The position numbers were made by a program, and so were the translations under genes. From Candidatus Aminicenantes bacterium (lineage in GTDB: Bacteria > Acidobacteriota > Aminicenantia > Aminicenantales > Saccharicenantaceae): a stretch of DNA of 64,000 nt. A model generated the notes under the pieces. The model searched no databases and was not told where the DNA came from. It was given only the letters and a program-made list of their open reading frames with translations. Numbering within the stretch: the first letter of the stretch is position 1; every line of letters begins with the position of its first letter. The stretch is from contig CAWEYF010000015.1 in the NCBI GenBank assembly GCA_963813235.1, positions 283,003-347,002 of the forward strand, written 5' to 3'. Positions 9,952 through 20,140 of the stretch are shown here, one piece after another.

Positions 9952-12900
9952 ATGAACCTGACAGAAGTCTGCGTCAAGAAGCCGGTCCTGGCCTGGATGC
10001 TCATGGCGGCCACCATCGTCTTCGGACTCGTGGCGGCTACGCGCATCGGCATCAGCCAGTTCCCCGACGTCGACTTCCCGACGATCTCGGTCTCCGTGGT
10101 CTGGGAGGGGGCGGCTCCCGAGGTCATCGAGAACGACATCGTCGAGACGCTCGAAGAGGCCCTGGTCCAGATCGAAGGCCTCCGGACGATCACCTCGAGC
10201 TCGCGCATGGGCTCGGCCAACATCACCATCGAGCTCGACCTCTCCCGGAACGTCGACCTCGCCCTCCAGGACGTCCAGACGAAAGTCTCCCAGGCCGCCC
10301 GCCACCTGCCCCGGGACATCGATCCTCCCGTCATCTCCAAGTCCAACCCCGAGGACCAGCCCATCCTGATGGTCTCGATGGGCGGCCCATTCCCGCCCCG
10401 CGTCGTCAGCGATTACGTCCAGTACGGTCTGAAGGAGAAGCTCCAGACCATCCCGGGCGTCGGCGAGATCTCGATGATGGGCGTCCAGAACCGCAACATC
10501 CGGGTCTGGCTTGACGCCGCCCAGCTCGACGAGAAGGGCCTGACCGTCAACGACGTCATCCTGGCCCTCCAGCGCGAGCACGTCGAACTCCCCGCCGGCC
10601 GCCTCGAGACCCCCGGCCGGGAAGTCAATGTCCGGGTCCTCGGCGAGGCCGTGGACCTCGAAACGCTCCGCCACATCGTCATCCGGGAGATCGGCGGGAG
10701 TCCCATCTATCTCAGCGACGTGGCCCTCGTCGAGGACGGGTTCGAGGACGTCCGGCGGATGGCCCGCATCAACGGCACGCCCGCCCAGGGCATCGGCATC
10801 AAGAAACAGCGCGGCGCCAACGCCGTCGCCGTGGCCAAGGCGGCCAAGGCGGCCATGGCCGAATACCAGAAGACCCTGCCCGAAGGCATGGACGTCAGCA
10901 TCGATCTTCGACTCGACGACGTTCATCGAGGATTCGGTCCAGGAGATCCAGCTCGAGCTCTTCCTGTCGGTCATCCTGACGGCCCTCGTCTGCTGGATGT
11001 TCCTGGGATCGCTTCTCGAGCACGCTGAACGTCATCCTGGCCATCCCGATGTCCCTGATGGGGACGATCGCCATCATCTATTTCCTCGGGTTCACCTTCA
11101 ACACCTTCACCCTGCTCGGCCTGGCCCTGGCCGTGGGCATCGTCGTCGACGACGCCATCATGGTCATGGAAAACATCTTCCGCCACCGGGAGGGCGGCAA
11201 GGGCCTCGTCGCGGCCGCCCTGGAGGGAACGCGCGAGATCGCCTTCGCGGCCCTGGCCGCGACGCTGGCCGTCGTCGCCATCTTCGTCCCGGTCGTTTTC
11301 ATCAAGGGCATCATCGGCCAGTTCTTCCTCCAATTCGGCATCACCCTCTGCCTCGCCGTGCTTCTCTCCTACGTCGAGGCGGTCACGCTGGCCCCGGCCC
11401 GCTGTTCCCAGTTCCTGAAGACGACGAGAGAAGGCCGGACCCGCCTCGGGCGCGTCGTCGACGACAGCTTCCGCTGGCTCGAGCGGAAGTACGCCGTCGT
11501 CCTCCGCCGGAGCCTCAAGCGGCCAGGTCTCATCCTCGTCGGGGCGCTCCTTCTGTTCGCGGCCGCCTTGGCCGTCTTTATGACGATGCGCGCCGAGTTC
11601 GTCCCGTCCCAGGACCTGAGCCGGCTTATCGATCCGGATGCAGACGGCCGTCGGCTCCGATCTGACGGAGACCGATAAGCTCATCCAGAAGGCCGAGGAC
11701 ATCGTCGTCAAGCGGCCCGAGGTCACCCAGCTCTACGGCTTCATCGGCGGGTTCAGCGGCGGCGTCAACCAAGGCAACCTGTTCGTGACGATCGTCCCAC
11801 CCAAGGAAAGGAAGCTCAGCCAGGCCGAGCTGTCGGCCGTTCTCCGGCGCGAGCTCAACGCCATCCCCGGGGCTGCGGGCCGTCCTCCAGGACCTCTCCC
11901 AGCAGGGCTTCACGGCCCAGCGCGGGTTCCCGATCGAGTTCTCGGTCCGCGGCTCGAACTGGGACCAACTCGTCGCGGAGAGCCAGCGGGTCATGGACGA
12001 AGCTCCGTGAGAGCGGCCTCGTCGTCGACCTCGACACCGATTATCAGCTCGGAATGCCCGAGCTCCGGATCGAACCCGACCGGGCCATGGCCGCGGACAT
12101 CGGCGTTTCGATCGACGACGTGGCCACGACGATCAACGCGCTTGTCGGCGGCATCCGGGTCGGGAAGTACAGCTCGGGGGGACGCCGCATCGACGTCCGG
12201 CTGAAGCTCATGGCCTCCCAGCGGTCGAGGCCCGAGGACATCAGTCGGCTCCAGGTACGGACGCGCGGAGGCGATCTCGTGCCGTTGTCCTCCCTCGTGA
12301 CGTCGAAAGAGCAGCCGGCCCTCCAGGCCATCACCCGCCGGGACCGGGAGCGGGCCATCACGATCTTTGCGAACGTCGCCCCCGGGCGTTCCCAGAACGA
12401 GGCCATCAAGTACGTCGAGGGCCTGGGTCGGGACATCGCGGTCGGCAACCGCATCGTCCTCGGCGGGGCTAGCGTCGCTTTCCAGGAGTCCATGTGCGAG
12501 CCTTCTCTTCGCCATGTTCCTGGGGATCGCCATCGCCTACATGATCCTGGCCTCGCAGTTCAACTCCTTCAAGGACCCCATCACGATCATCACCATCCTG
12601 CCGCTCTCGGTCGCCGGGGCCGCGTTCGCCCTGGTCATGACCGGGCAGAGCCTGAACATCTTCAGCATGATCGGCCTCCTGCTCCTGATGGGGATCGTCA
12701 AGAAGAACTCCATCATCCTCGTCGACTACGCCAACGCCTTCAAGGCTCAGGGGTTCAGTCCCCGGGAATCGATGGAGAAGGCCGGGCCCATCCGGCTGAG
12801 GCCCATCCTCATGACGGCCACGGCGACACTGATGGCGGCCATCCCGCCGGCCCTGGGGCTCGGCTCGGGATCGGAGATCCGGACCCCGATGGCCATCGCG

Positions 12901-13020
12901 GTTATCGGCGGGCTGGTCCTGTCGACGGCCCTTAGCCTGGTCGTCGTCCCGGCGTTCTACGTCATCGCCGAAAAGGCGGGCGCCAAGCGCAAGAAGGATT
13001 CGGGGATAGCCCCCCGTTAG
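9952..13020 (+). pseudogene. RND (AcrB/HAE1-type) efflux permease, full length (3069 nt) but with at least 6 frame changes
   Basis: Fragments in ORFs 9952.., 10628.., 11049.., 11638.., 12054.. and 12367..13020 tile one AcrB-like protein (MNLTEVCVKKPVLAWML...; GIVVDDAIMVMENIFRH; KKNSIILVDYAN). Frame switches traced at about 10900, 11012, 11626, 11870, 12003 and 12495. Confidence 0.9.
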
Positions 13021-13114
13021 GGATCGTCTTCGAAAGACTTGGAGACATCCCCTCTCCAACGAGCTTGGGCTGGCCTCCATCGCCGCACGCCGAGCGCTGA
13101 GAAGGCGATCCCAA

Positions 13115-13143
13115 TTGTGATAAGCTAAGGATTCGTCTATACT
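13115..13143 (+). promoter_or_regulatory. candidate promoter for the formamidase gene
   Basis: TTGTGA (13115-13120), 17-nt spacer, TATACT (13138-13143). An AAGGAGG SD precedes ATG 13166. Confidence 0.45.
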
Positions 13144-13165
13144 CGCATCCGAGAAGGAGGGCAAC

Positions 13166-14188
13166 ATGCGAAGCGAACGGGTTCGATACATCTCTCTGGC
13201 CATCGCGTTCATGGCAGCGCTTGCCGCCGTTCAGCTCGGAGCGCAGACTGTCCGATATATCCCAAAGCATGACGAGTTGAAGTATACGTTCGGAGGTCAC
13301 GCACCGGTCATGACCATCAAACCGGGGACCGTCATAGAGTCGTGGACCGAGGACTGCTACGACGGCCTGGTCAAGAGCCCGACGGACGTCCCTTCGAAGA
13401 TCATTCCGGCGAACCACGATAATCCGCAGACGGGGCCGTTCTTCATCGAGGGCGCGGAGCCGGGCGACGTCCTCGCCGTCCGCATCCTGAAGCTCGAACC
13501 GGCGCTCCCCTACGGCATCAGCAGTTCGTTCCCATTCTTCGGCGCCCTGACCGCCACGGACTACACGGCCATGCTCCACGAGGCCCTGCCGGAAAGGGTC
13601 TGGTGGTATGACGTGGACAAGGCCAAGGGGACCGTGAGGTTCAGGGCCCTGAAGGGGACCCAAGCCGTGGACATCCCGATGCGCCCGTTCCTGGGCTGTC
13701 TGGGCGTGGCGCCGGCGAGAGGCGAGGTCCGTTGGAGTGTGACGCCGGAGGCCTATGGAGGGAACATGGACTGCCCGGAGGTTTGCGAAGGCAATACGAT
13801 CTACCTGCCTGTCAGCGTCAAGGGCGCCCTCCTTTATTTCGGCGATGGACACCTCGTTCAGGGCGACGGCGAGATCATCAGCACCGCCGTCGAGGCGGCG
13901 CTCGACGTCCGGCTGCAGGTCGACGTCATCAAGGGCCGGACGATCTCCTGGCCGCGCATCGAGAGCGATACGGAGATCATGACCATGGGCAGTTACCGGC
14001 CCCTCGAGGACGCCTATCGGATCGCGCACAAGGGGATGGTGGACTGGCTCGTCGCGGACTACGGCTTCGACATGATGGACGCCTATCAGCTGCTTTCCCA
14101 GGTCGGGAAAGCCCAGGTCTCCCAAGCCGTCGACCCCAATTATACGGTCCTCGCCCGCTTCCCGAAGAAGTACCTGCCCAAGACCTGA
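13166..14188 (+). CDS. acetamidase/formamidase-family amidohydrolase with signal peptide
   Basis: 340 aa. N-terminal signal (LAIAFMAALAAVQLGA). Sequence is FmdA/AmdA-like (NHDNPQTGPFFIEGAEPGDVLAVRI; GGNMDCPE; FGDGHLVQGDGE). Confidence 0.8.
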   Translation: MRSERVRYISLAIAFMAALAAVQLGAQTVRYIPKHDELKYTFGGHAPVMTIKPGTVIESWTEDCYDGLVKSPTDVPSKIIPANHDNPQTGPFFIEGAEPGDVLAVRILKLEPALPYGISSSFPFFGALTATDYTAMLHEALPERVWWYDVDKAKGTVRFRALKGTQAVDIPMRPFLGCLGVAPARGEVRWSVTPEAYGGNMDCPEVCEGNTIYLPVSVKGALLYFGDGHLVQGDGEIISTAVEAALDVRLQVDVIKGRTISWPRIESDTEIMTMGSYRPLEDAYRIAHKGMVDWLVADYGFDMMDAYQLLSQVGKAQVSQAVDPNYTVLARFPKKYLPKT

Positions 14189-14231
14189 GCCGGGTCACGG
14201 CTCGTGCGAATCGGCGAGGGCGTCGTTAGGT

Positions 14232-14843
14232 TCAGGTCTTGGTCATATCCAGCGCCCAACGAGCCATGTCCGCCAAGGGCGGCTCGTAGGCTTCGAATTT
14301 CGCCACGAGCGCCGCGGGGTCTGCGTCGACAAGGATCATGGCCCGGTGTTCGGACTGGATGAACCGCTCGCTCACGGCTTGGTCCAGGAATTCCAGGAGC
14401 CTGTCGAAATATCCGGCCGTATTCAGGAAGCCGCAGGGCTTCCGGTGCATCCCGAGCTGTGCCCAGGTCAGAACCTCGAAGATCTCTTCGATGGTCCCCA
14501 GCCCTCCGGGAAGGGCTACGAAGCCGTCGGCGAGCCCGGCCATCTGGGACTTGCGCTCGTGCATGGTCTCGACGACGCGCAGGTCCCGGATATCGGTAAA
14601 GGCCAGCTCTTTCTCGACCATGTCCCGCGGGATGACGCCGATGACCTCGCCGCCGCCCTTGTGCATGACGCGGGCGACCTCGTACATCAGGCCGACGCGC
14701 CCTCCTCCGTAGACGAGGCCGACGCCGCGGCGGAGCAGTTCCCGGCCGAGCTCCCGCGCCGCCTCCGGGTAGTCCGGCTTCGCCCCGGGGCTCGAGCCGC
14801 AAAAAACGCAGAGCCTGCGGAGGGACCTGGGCTTGTCGCTCAT
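14232..14843 (-). CDS. LOG-family protein (cytokinin riboside 5'-monophosphate phosphoribohydrolase / lysine-decarboxylase-like)
   Basis: Motifs GLVYGGGRVGLMYEVA and PGGLGTIEEIFE. Start placed at MSDKPRSL (ATG 14843). ATG 14870 and the ORF-track start at 14903 are possible alternatives. Confidence 0.85.
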   Translation of the reverse strand: MSDKPRSLRRLCVFCGSSPGAKPDYPEAARELGRELLRRGVGLVYGGGRVGLMYEVARVMHKGGGEVIGVIPRDMVEKELAFTDIRDLRVVETMHERKSQMAGLADGFVALPGGLGTIEEIFEVLTWAQLGMHRKPCGFLNTAGYFDRLLEFLDQAVSERFIQSEHRAMILVDADPAALVAKFEAYEPPLADMARWALDMTKT

Positions 14844-14960
14844 CTCGGGATGCCTATTTCCCTCCTTCATTTGAACTCCGCCCCTATGATAACAACCACC
14901 CAAAATTATGCAATCCCGGCGATTGCGCTATAATGGGCGCGTCGGGTGCAAGGAGGAGAC

Positions 14961-15731
14961 ATGAACGCGCGATTCAAAGCAAGGCTCTGTGGCGGCGAGC
15001 GGCTCCTGGGCACCATCCTGACGCTCCCGGCGCCCGAGCTCGCGGAGATCGCGGCCGGAGCTGGGTTCGACTGGCTCTTCCTCGATATGGAACACGGTCT
15101 GCTGGACATCGCCGCCGCCCAGCGATTGGCCCAGGCTGCCGGAACTTGCCCCTGTCTCATCCGCATCCCCGCGAATGGGCCCGTCTGGATCAAGAAGGCC
15201 ATGGATATCGGCGCGGCGGGGCTCATATTCCCCAACGTGAAGAGCGGGGAGGAGGCTGAATGTGGGATTCGCGAGGCAAAATATCCGCCGGAAGGCGTTC
15301 GGAGCGTCGGTATCGGACGGGCCCACGGCTACGGGGCGCGGTTCGCGGAATATGTCGCATCGGCGAACCGGGGTTCGACCATGGTCGCCCAGGTCGAACA
15401 TATCGAAGGCGTCCGGAACATCGATGGGATTCTGGAGGCGACTGGAGTGGACGCTGTGTTCGTCGGCCCCTTCGACCTGTCCGCCAGCATGGGTAAGCCC
15501 GGACGGACGGGCGACGTGGACGTCCGGGAGGCTATCGGCATCGTCAGGAAAGCGTGCGCGGCCCGCGGCATCCCGGCCGGCATATTCGCCCCGGACGAGG
15601 AGGCGGCCCGGACCGCCCTCGGGGAAGGCTTTTCGTTCGTCTGCGTCGGCACGGACGTAACGCTATATGCCCGCGCGGCGGCGCGCATCGCAAACATTGG
15701 GGGACACAATACCAATTTCCCGATATCGTAG
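14961..15731 (+). CDS. HpcH/HpaI-family aldolase (2-keto-3-deoxy-sugar-acid aldolase type)
   Basis: MNARFKARLCGGERLLGTILTLPAPELAEIAAGAGFDWLFLDMEHG is the typical HpcH/HpaI N-terminus. Start at ATG 14961, preceded by AAGGAGGA. A perfect TATAAT at 14929-14934 may be its -10 element. Confidence 0.85.
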   Translation: MNARFKARLCGGERLLGTILTLPAPELAEIAAGAGFDWLFLDMEHGLLDIAAAQRLAQAAGTCPCLIRIPANGPVWIKKAMDIGAAGLIFPNVKSGEEAECGIREAKYPPEGVRSVGIGRAHGYGARFAEYVASANRGSTMVAQVEHIEGVRNIDGILEATGVDAVFVGPFDLSASMGKPGRTGDVDVREAIGIVRKACAARGIPAGIFAPDEEAARTALGEGFSFVCVGTDVTLYARAAARIANIGGHNTNFPIS

Positions 15732-15788
15732 CCACGGGGGTTTCCCCCCTGGAAATTCAGACAATTCGGAAATTGGTATTGTGTCCCC
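15700..15788. repeat. perfect 21-bp inverted repeat with 47-nt spacer between convergent genes
   Basis: GGGGACACAATACCAATTTCC (15700-15720) is the exact reverse complement of 15768-15788. The spacer contains a GGGGG-TTT-CCCCC mini-hairpin (15736-15748). The left arm lies in the last codons of the aldolase. The right arm abuts the TAG of the minus-strand gene. Confidence 0.85.
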
Positions 15789-16783
15789 TAAAAGATGAGG
15801 GCGAGGTTGAGGGAGCCGATCATGGGTTTGAGGCTCTGCCCGCTGAACCGCCGGGTCTGGTAGGCGTAAAGCATGCTGGCCTTGAAGCGCTTGTGCCGGA
15901 AGGCCAGACCGGCCGTGACGTCGGCAGTGAGCGGTATCTTGTCAACCCTATGGCTGCTCCGGAAGCTGTTCCCGTCGAGCAGGAGGTCGTGAGCGACGGC
16001 GTGAACCTCCAGCCCCGCGAAAACGTGAAAACCGGCATGGCCGGGCCCGGACCTCGGCCATTCCCGGTCCTCTAAGAGGATCCCGGCGCCGCTCGCGGGG
16101 CCGAGCATGGACGTCCCGAAGTCCGAAGGCAGGTTCCACCCCGCCCTGACCTCGAGCCCGCCGCCCAGCCCCGTGAAAAGACTGGAAAGGGCCCCTCCCG
16201 CGTGGCCGATAAGCTCCCAGTCAAAGGCGTTCGAGGCAGCCGCGGCCCGCACCTTCCACCGGCGATCGTAGCCGACGCCGAGGAAAGGCTCGTCCTTGAG
16301 TTGGTGCGTCCAGCCTTCGGGGTAGGTCCACCCGAAGGCCCTGTGAAGGAGCTTTTGGATGTCCCCGGCAAAGGAATGAGGGCCGACGATGCCGGCCTCG
16401 AACCGGAAGCTTTCCATGGAGCTCCCGCGACGGAGATGGAAGCCCAATCCCACCATGAAGACGCCCGCATAGGGCCGGTCGGCGGCGACGAGGTCCTTCC
16501 GGGTGATGTCCTCGGGAGTATATATGCTCAGGCCGGCCCCGACGGAAACGAACCTGCGAGCGCCCGGGGCCCGGGATGAAGACAGCCTCCGGCTCAGTGC
16601 GTCCAGCCAGCGGGGAGCCCGCCCGCCGCCGGGACCGAGGGCTGGGGACAGCCAGTCGATCTCGACACCGTTCGTATAGCCGCCGTCGGAGAGGGCAAAG
16701 ACGTCGTTCTCGACGTAAAGGACGAAAGTGCCCTTCGGCTTCCGGCCCCCCGCCCCGGCGAAGGAAGGGATTAGGAGGAGCAT
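15788..16783 (-). CDS. LpxR/DUF2219-like outer-membrane protein (lipid A deacylase family)
   Basis: This is the C-terminal 331 codons of listed ORF 15788..18130(-). The hydrophobic leader MLLLIPSFAGA is followed by FVLYVENDVFALSDGGYTNGVEIDW, which I recall as the DUF2219/LpxR N-terminal signature. The remainder looks beta-rich. Start ATG 16783 (a nearby GTG is possible). Confidence 0.6.
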   Translation of the reverse strand: MLLLIPSFAGAGGRKPKGTFVLYVENDVFALSDGGYTNGVEIDWLSPALGPGGGRAPRWLDALSRRLSSSRAPGARRFVSVGAGLSIYTPEDITRKDLVAADRPYAGVFMVGLGFHLRRGSSMESFRFEAGIVGPHSFAGDIQKLLHRAFGWTYPEGWTHQLKDEPFLGVGYDRRWKVRAAAASNAFDWELIGHAGGALSSLFTGLGGGLEVRAGWNLPSDFGTSMLGPASGAGILLEDREWPRSGPGHAGFHVFAGLEVHAVAHDLLLDGNSFRSSHRVDKIPLTADVTAGLAFRHKRFKASMLYAYQTRRFSGQSLKPMIGSLNLALIF

Positions 16784-16804
16784 GATGAGCACGACGCTTG
16801 TCCT

Positions 16805-16825
16805 CCCCCCTTTGAAAAAGGGGGG
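16805..16825 (-). other. GC-rich hairpin between ffh and the LpxR-like gene, function unknown
   Basis: CCCCCCTTT-GAA-AAAGGGGGG: perfect 9-bp stem with a 3-nt loop, 60 nt downstream of the ffh stop. There is no U-tract, so it is not a canonical intrinsic terminator. Confidence 0.3.
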
Positions 16826-16884
16826 TCGGGGGGATTTTTCCCGCCTGGACTTCCTTCGATCAGGTCTTCCCATTGGGCCCACCG

Positions 16885-18207
16885 TCAACGCATTCGGGAG
16901 AGCATGTCCCGGAACATGGAGCCCTTCATCATCTTCCGCATTTCCGCGTACTGCTTGAGGAGCTGGTTGACCTCGTGGACCGGACGGCCGCTGCCCCTTG
17001 GCGATGCGCAGGCGCCGGCTCCCGTTGAGGATCTTCGGGTCCTCCCGTTCCGCGGGGGTCATGGAGCTGAGGATGGCCTCGAAATGGAGGACCTTGCGGT
17101 CGTCGACCTGGACCTTGGAAAGCCCCTTGAGCATCCCCGCCTTGGGGAGCATGCCGAGGATATTGGATAGGGACCCCATCTTCTTCATCTGACCGAGCTG
17201 TTTCCGGAAGTCCTCCAGGGTGAACTCCTGGCGCCGCAGTTTGCGGGCCGTCTCCTCGGCCTCTTCGAGATCGGCCTTCTCCTCGGCTTTCTCTATGAGG
17301 CTGAGGATGTCGCCCATGCCCAGGATGCGGGAGGCCATCCGGTCGGGGTGGAAGACCTCGAGCTTGTCGAACTTCTCGCCGACGCCGGCGAACTTGACCG
17401 GCTTCCCGGTGACGGAGACGATGGACAGGGCCGCCCCGCCCCTGGCGTCGCCGTCGAGCTTGGTCAGGATGACCGAGGTGATGCCGATCCTCTCCCCGAA
17501 CGCCTTGGCGCTCTTGACGGCATCCTGGCCTGTCATCGCGTCTCCGACATAGATGACCTCGACGGGGTCAAGGATGTCCCGGACGACCTTTAGCTCGTCC
17601 ATGAGCTCGTCGTCCACGTGGAGCCGGCCGGCCGTGTCGACGATCAGCGGGTCGAACGCCCTGTTCCGGGCGTGGAGAACGAGGTCCTTGAGGGCCTTTT
17701 CGGGGACGGCCATCTGGTCCGCCGTCATCTCGTAGAAAGGCAGGTCGAGCGACAACGCGATTGTCTTGAGCTGTTCCTGTGCGGCCGGCCGCTTGAGGTC
17801 GAAGGAGACCAGCAACGGGTTCCTGCCGATGCCCCGGACCCATCGGGCCAGCTTGCCGCAGGTCGTCGTCTTGCCGCTTCCCTGGAGCCCGACGAGCATG
17901 AATATGGACGGGGGCGCCGACGCAAAGGTCAGGGGCTTGTCGGTCCCTCCCAGGATGGCGGCGAGCTCGTCCCGAACGATCTTGATGACCTGCTGGGCGG
18001 GGCTCAGGCTCGAGAGAACCTCCTCCCCCAGGGCCTTCTCCCTGATCCTGGCCTCGAAGTCCCGGACGACCTTGTAGTTGACGTCCGCCTCGAGGAAGGC
18101 CAGTCGGATCATCTTCAGGGCCTCGGCCATGTTCTTTTCGGTGACCTTCCCTTCCCCCGGAGGAACTTCATCATCTTCTCGAGGCGGCCGGAAAGCTGGT
18201 CGAACAT
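16885..18207 (-). pseudogene. ffh: signal recognition particle protein Ffh, two single-base frame changes as assembled
   Basis: N-terminus MFDQLSGRLEKMMKFLRGKG (ATG 18207) is out of frame with VTEKNMAEALKMIRLAFLEADVNY (one A missing in GGGAAAGG, near 18145). GTPase motifs GLQGSGKTTTCGKLA and DTAGR are present. The M domain ...RRLRIAKG then needs a shift to read SGRPVHEVNQLLKQYAEMRKMMKGSMFRDMLSRMR* (one extra G in AAGGGG, near 16995). Restored length is 441 codons. Confidence 0.9.
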
Positions 18208-18403
18208 GTTAGAAGGCCCTCGCTTTCGTGTTCATCCTCAACATCTTAGGGCAATACCCGGGAGCCGTCAAATGCCCGCAGAGCGGACGAGACCGGCGAG
18301 CCAAGCAAGACAACCGGGCGATTCGGGTATCCTGTGTGTTTTGCGAGTCTCTCCAACCTTGCCGGCCTCGCCAGTTTCGCTCATTCGTTGTATAATACCG
18401 GCG

Positions 18404-19534
18404 ATGAAAAGCATCGCGAAGGCCGCCCTGATCGCTGCGATCGTCAGCACCGTTTCCGTCGCGTCATCCACGGCCGCCGGCCAGGCCGGGGGGACGATCC
18501 GCGGGCCTCGGCCGCCGGAAGGGATCGACCGCAAGGGCCGGGTTTTCGATGCCCTTCGACTTCTTGAAGCGACGGTCGTCGGGCTCCCCGCTTATCTTGA
18601 GAGGCACGGCAGCGGGCCGACGGCCGCAGCGATGGTATTCGCCTATCATGACGGCCGAGGCTTCCCCTATCTGCTCCCCGGGGACGCCTCGATCCAGACC
18701 GACCTGGTCAACCTGGCCATCGCTTCCGAAGAGCATTATAACGACTATGCCCTTCCCCTGGATGCCCCGCCCGACCTCCTCCCCGATAAGTCGGAACTCC
18801 CGCCCGAGGAACGGCATTCCGACAACTGCCTGGCCGACTATTGTCTAACCTCCCGAAGCCTTTACGGCAATTACTACGGTTGGACGAAGGACGCCGACCT
18901 GGGGCCCGGCATCGAAGCGTTCGTCCGCGCCGGCGGCCGCTATATCGTCATCACCGAGGCCTTCCCTGCATCGATAATCACCCTGACGACGGTCCGGAAC
19001 GAGCTCGCGAGCGGCCGTCCCCCAGTCTTCGCGGTGGACACCGACGCCGACGGCACGGAGGACCGGTTTGTCGCTGTCGCCGGGGTCAATTCGGAGGCGG
19101 GCGTCGACTACTACGGCGCCTACACCGGATGGGACACGGAGCTTCACTGGTACGAATTCAAGCCTGCGGCGGACGGGGTTCCCTGGGGGGTCGTCACGGT
19201 CCATACGATCGCCCTTGCCTACGGGGTGTTCCCGCCGTCCAACGTCGCGCTCGAGCGCCTGGTCAACGACCTGATCTTCTTCAAGGAATACATCAACCGC
19301 CTGTCCTGGGCGCCCAACCCCGACAATCTCTCCCGCATTCTCCGGTACAAGATCTACCGAAAGGTGACCGGCGCCCCCGACTCGACCATCGACCTCCTGG
19401 CCGAGGTCGATGCCTCCTCGACCGGGTACGACGACCGGGGGCTGAAGAGCGGCACGGGATTCACCTACCGGATCACCTCGGTGGACGAATCCGGCCGGGA
19501 AAGCCCGGCCGCCGTCGTCCGCGGCCCGAAGTAG
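18404..19534 (+). CDS. secreted hypothetical protein with a C-terminal Fn3-like domain
   Basis: Start at MKSIAKAALIAAIVSTVSVASSTAAG (ATG 18404, signal peptide). The C-terminus (RLSWAPNPDNLSRILRYKIYRKV...GTGFTYRITSVDESGRESP) has a fibronectin-III-like pattern. The upstream 262 codons of listed ORF 17618..19534 are antisense to ffh. Confidence 0.6.
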   Translation: MKSIAKAALIAAIVSTVSVASSTAAGQAGGTIRGPRPPEGIDRKGRVFDALRLLEATVVGLPAYLERHGSGPTAAAMVFAYHDGRGFPYLLPGDASIQTDLVNLAIASEEHYNDYALPLDAPPDLLPDKSELPPEERHSDNCLADYCLTSRSLYGNYYGWTKDADLGPGIEAFVRAGGRYIVITEAFPASIITLTTVRNELASGRPPVFAVDTDADGTEDRFVAVAGVNSEAGVDYYGAYTGWDTELHWYEFKPAADGVPWGVVTVHTIALAYGVFPPSNVALERLVNDLIFFKEYINRLSWAPNPDNLSRILRYKIYRKVTGAPDSTIDLLAEVDASSTGYDDRGLKSGTGFTYRITSVDESGRESPAAVVRGPK

Positions 19535-19618
19535 GGGACCTCGCCCCCCTGGACGGCTTGACTTTTCCCCCCCATCAGTTTAAGGTAGAGCTACTTTTTC
19601 GAGGAGCGGCACAGCCAT

Positions 19619-20134
<516 letters not shown>

Positions 20135-20140
20135 GGCGCC

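Noticed and set aside
8461-10974. 837-codon minus-strand ORF spanning the end of tolC, the MFP gene and the start of the RND gene
   Set aside because: It is antisense to three well-supported genes and has the same low-complexity GC-driven composition. No start context or family signal is present.
17618-18403. N-terminal 262 codons of listed ORF 17618..19534(+)
   Set aside because: This part is antisense to ffh and low-complexity. A signal peptide begins at the internal ATG 18404, which has a nearby -10 box.
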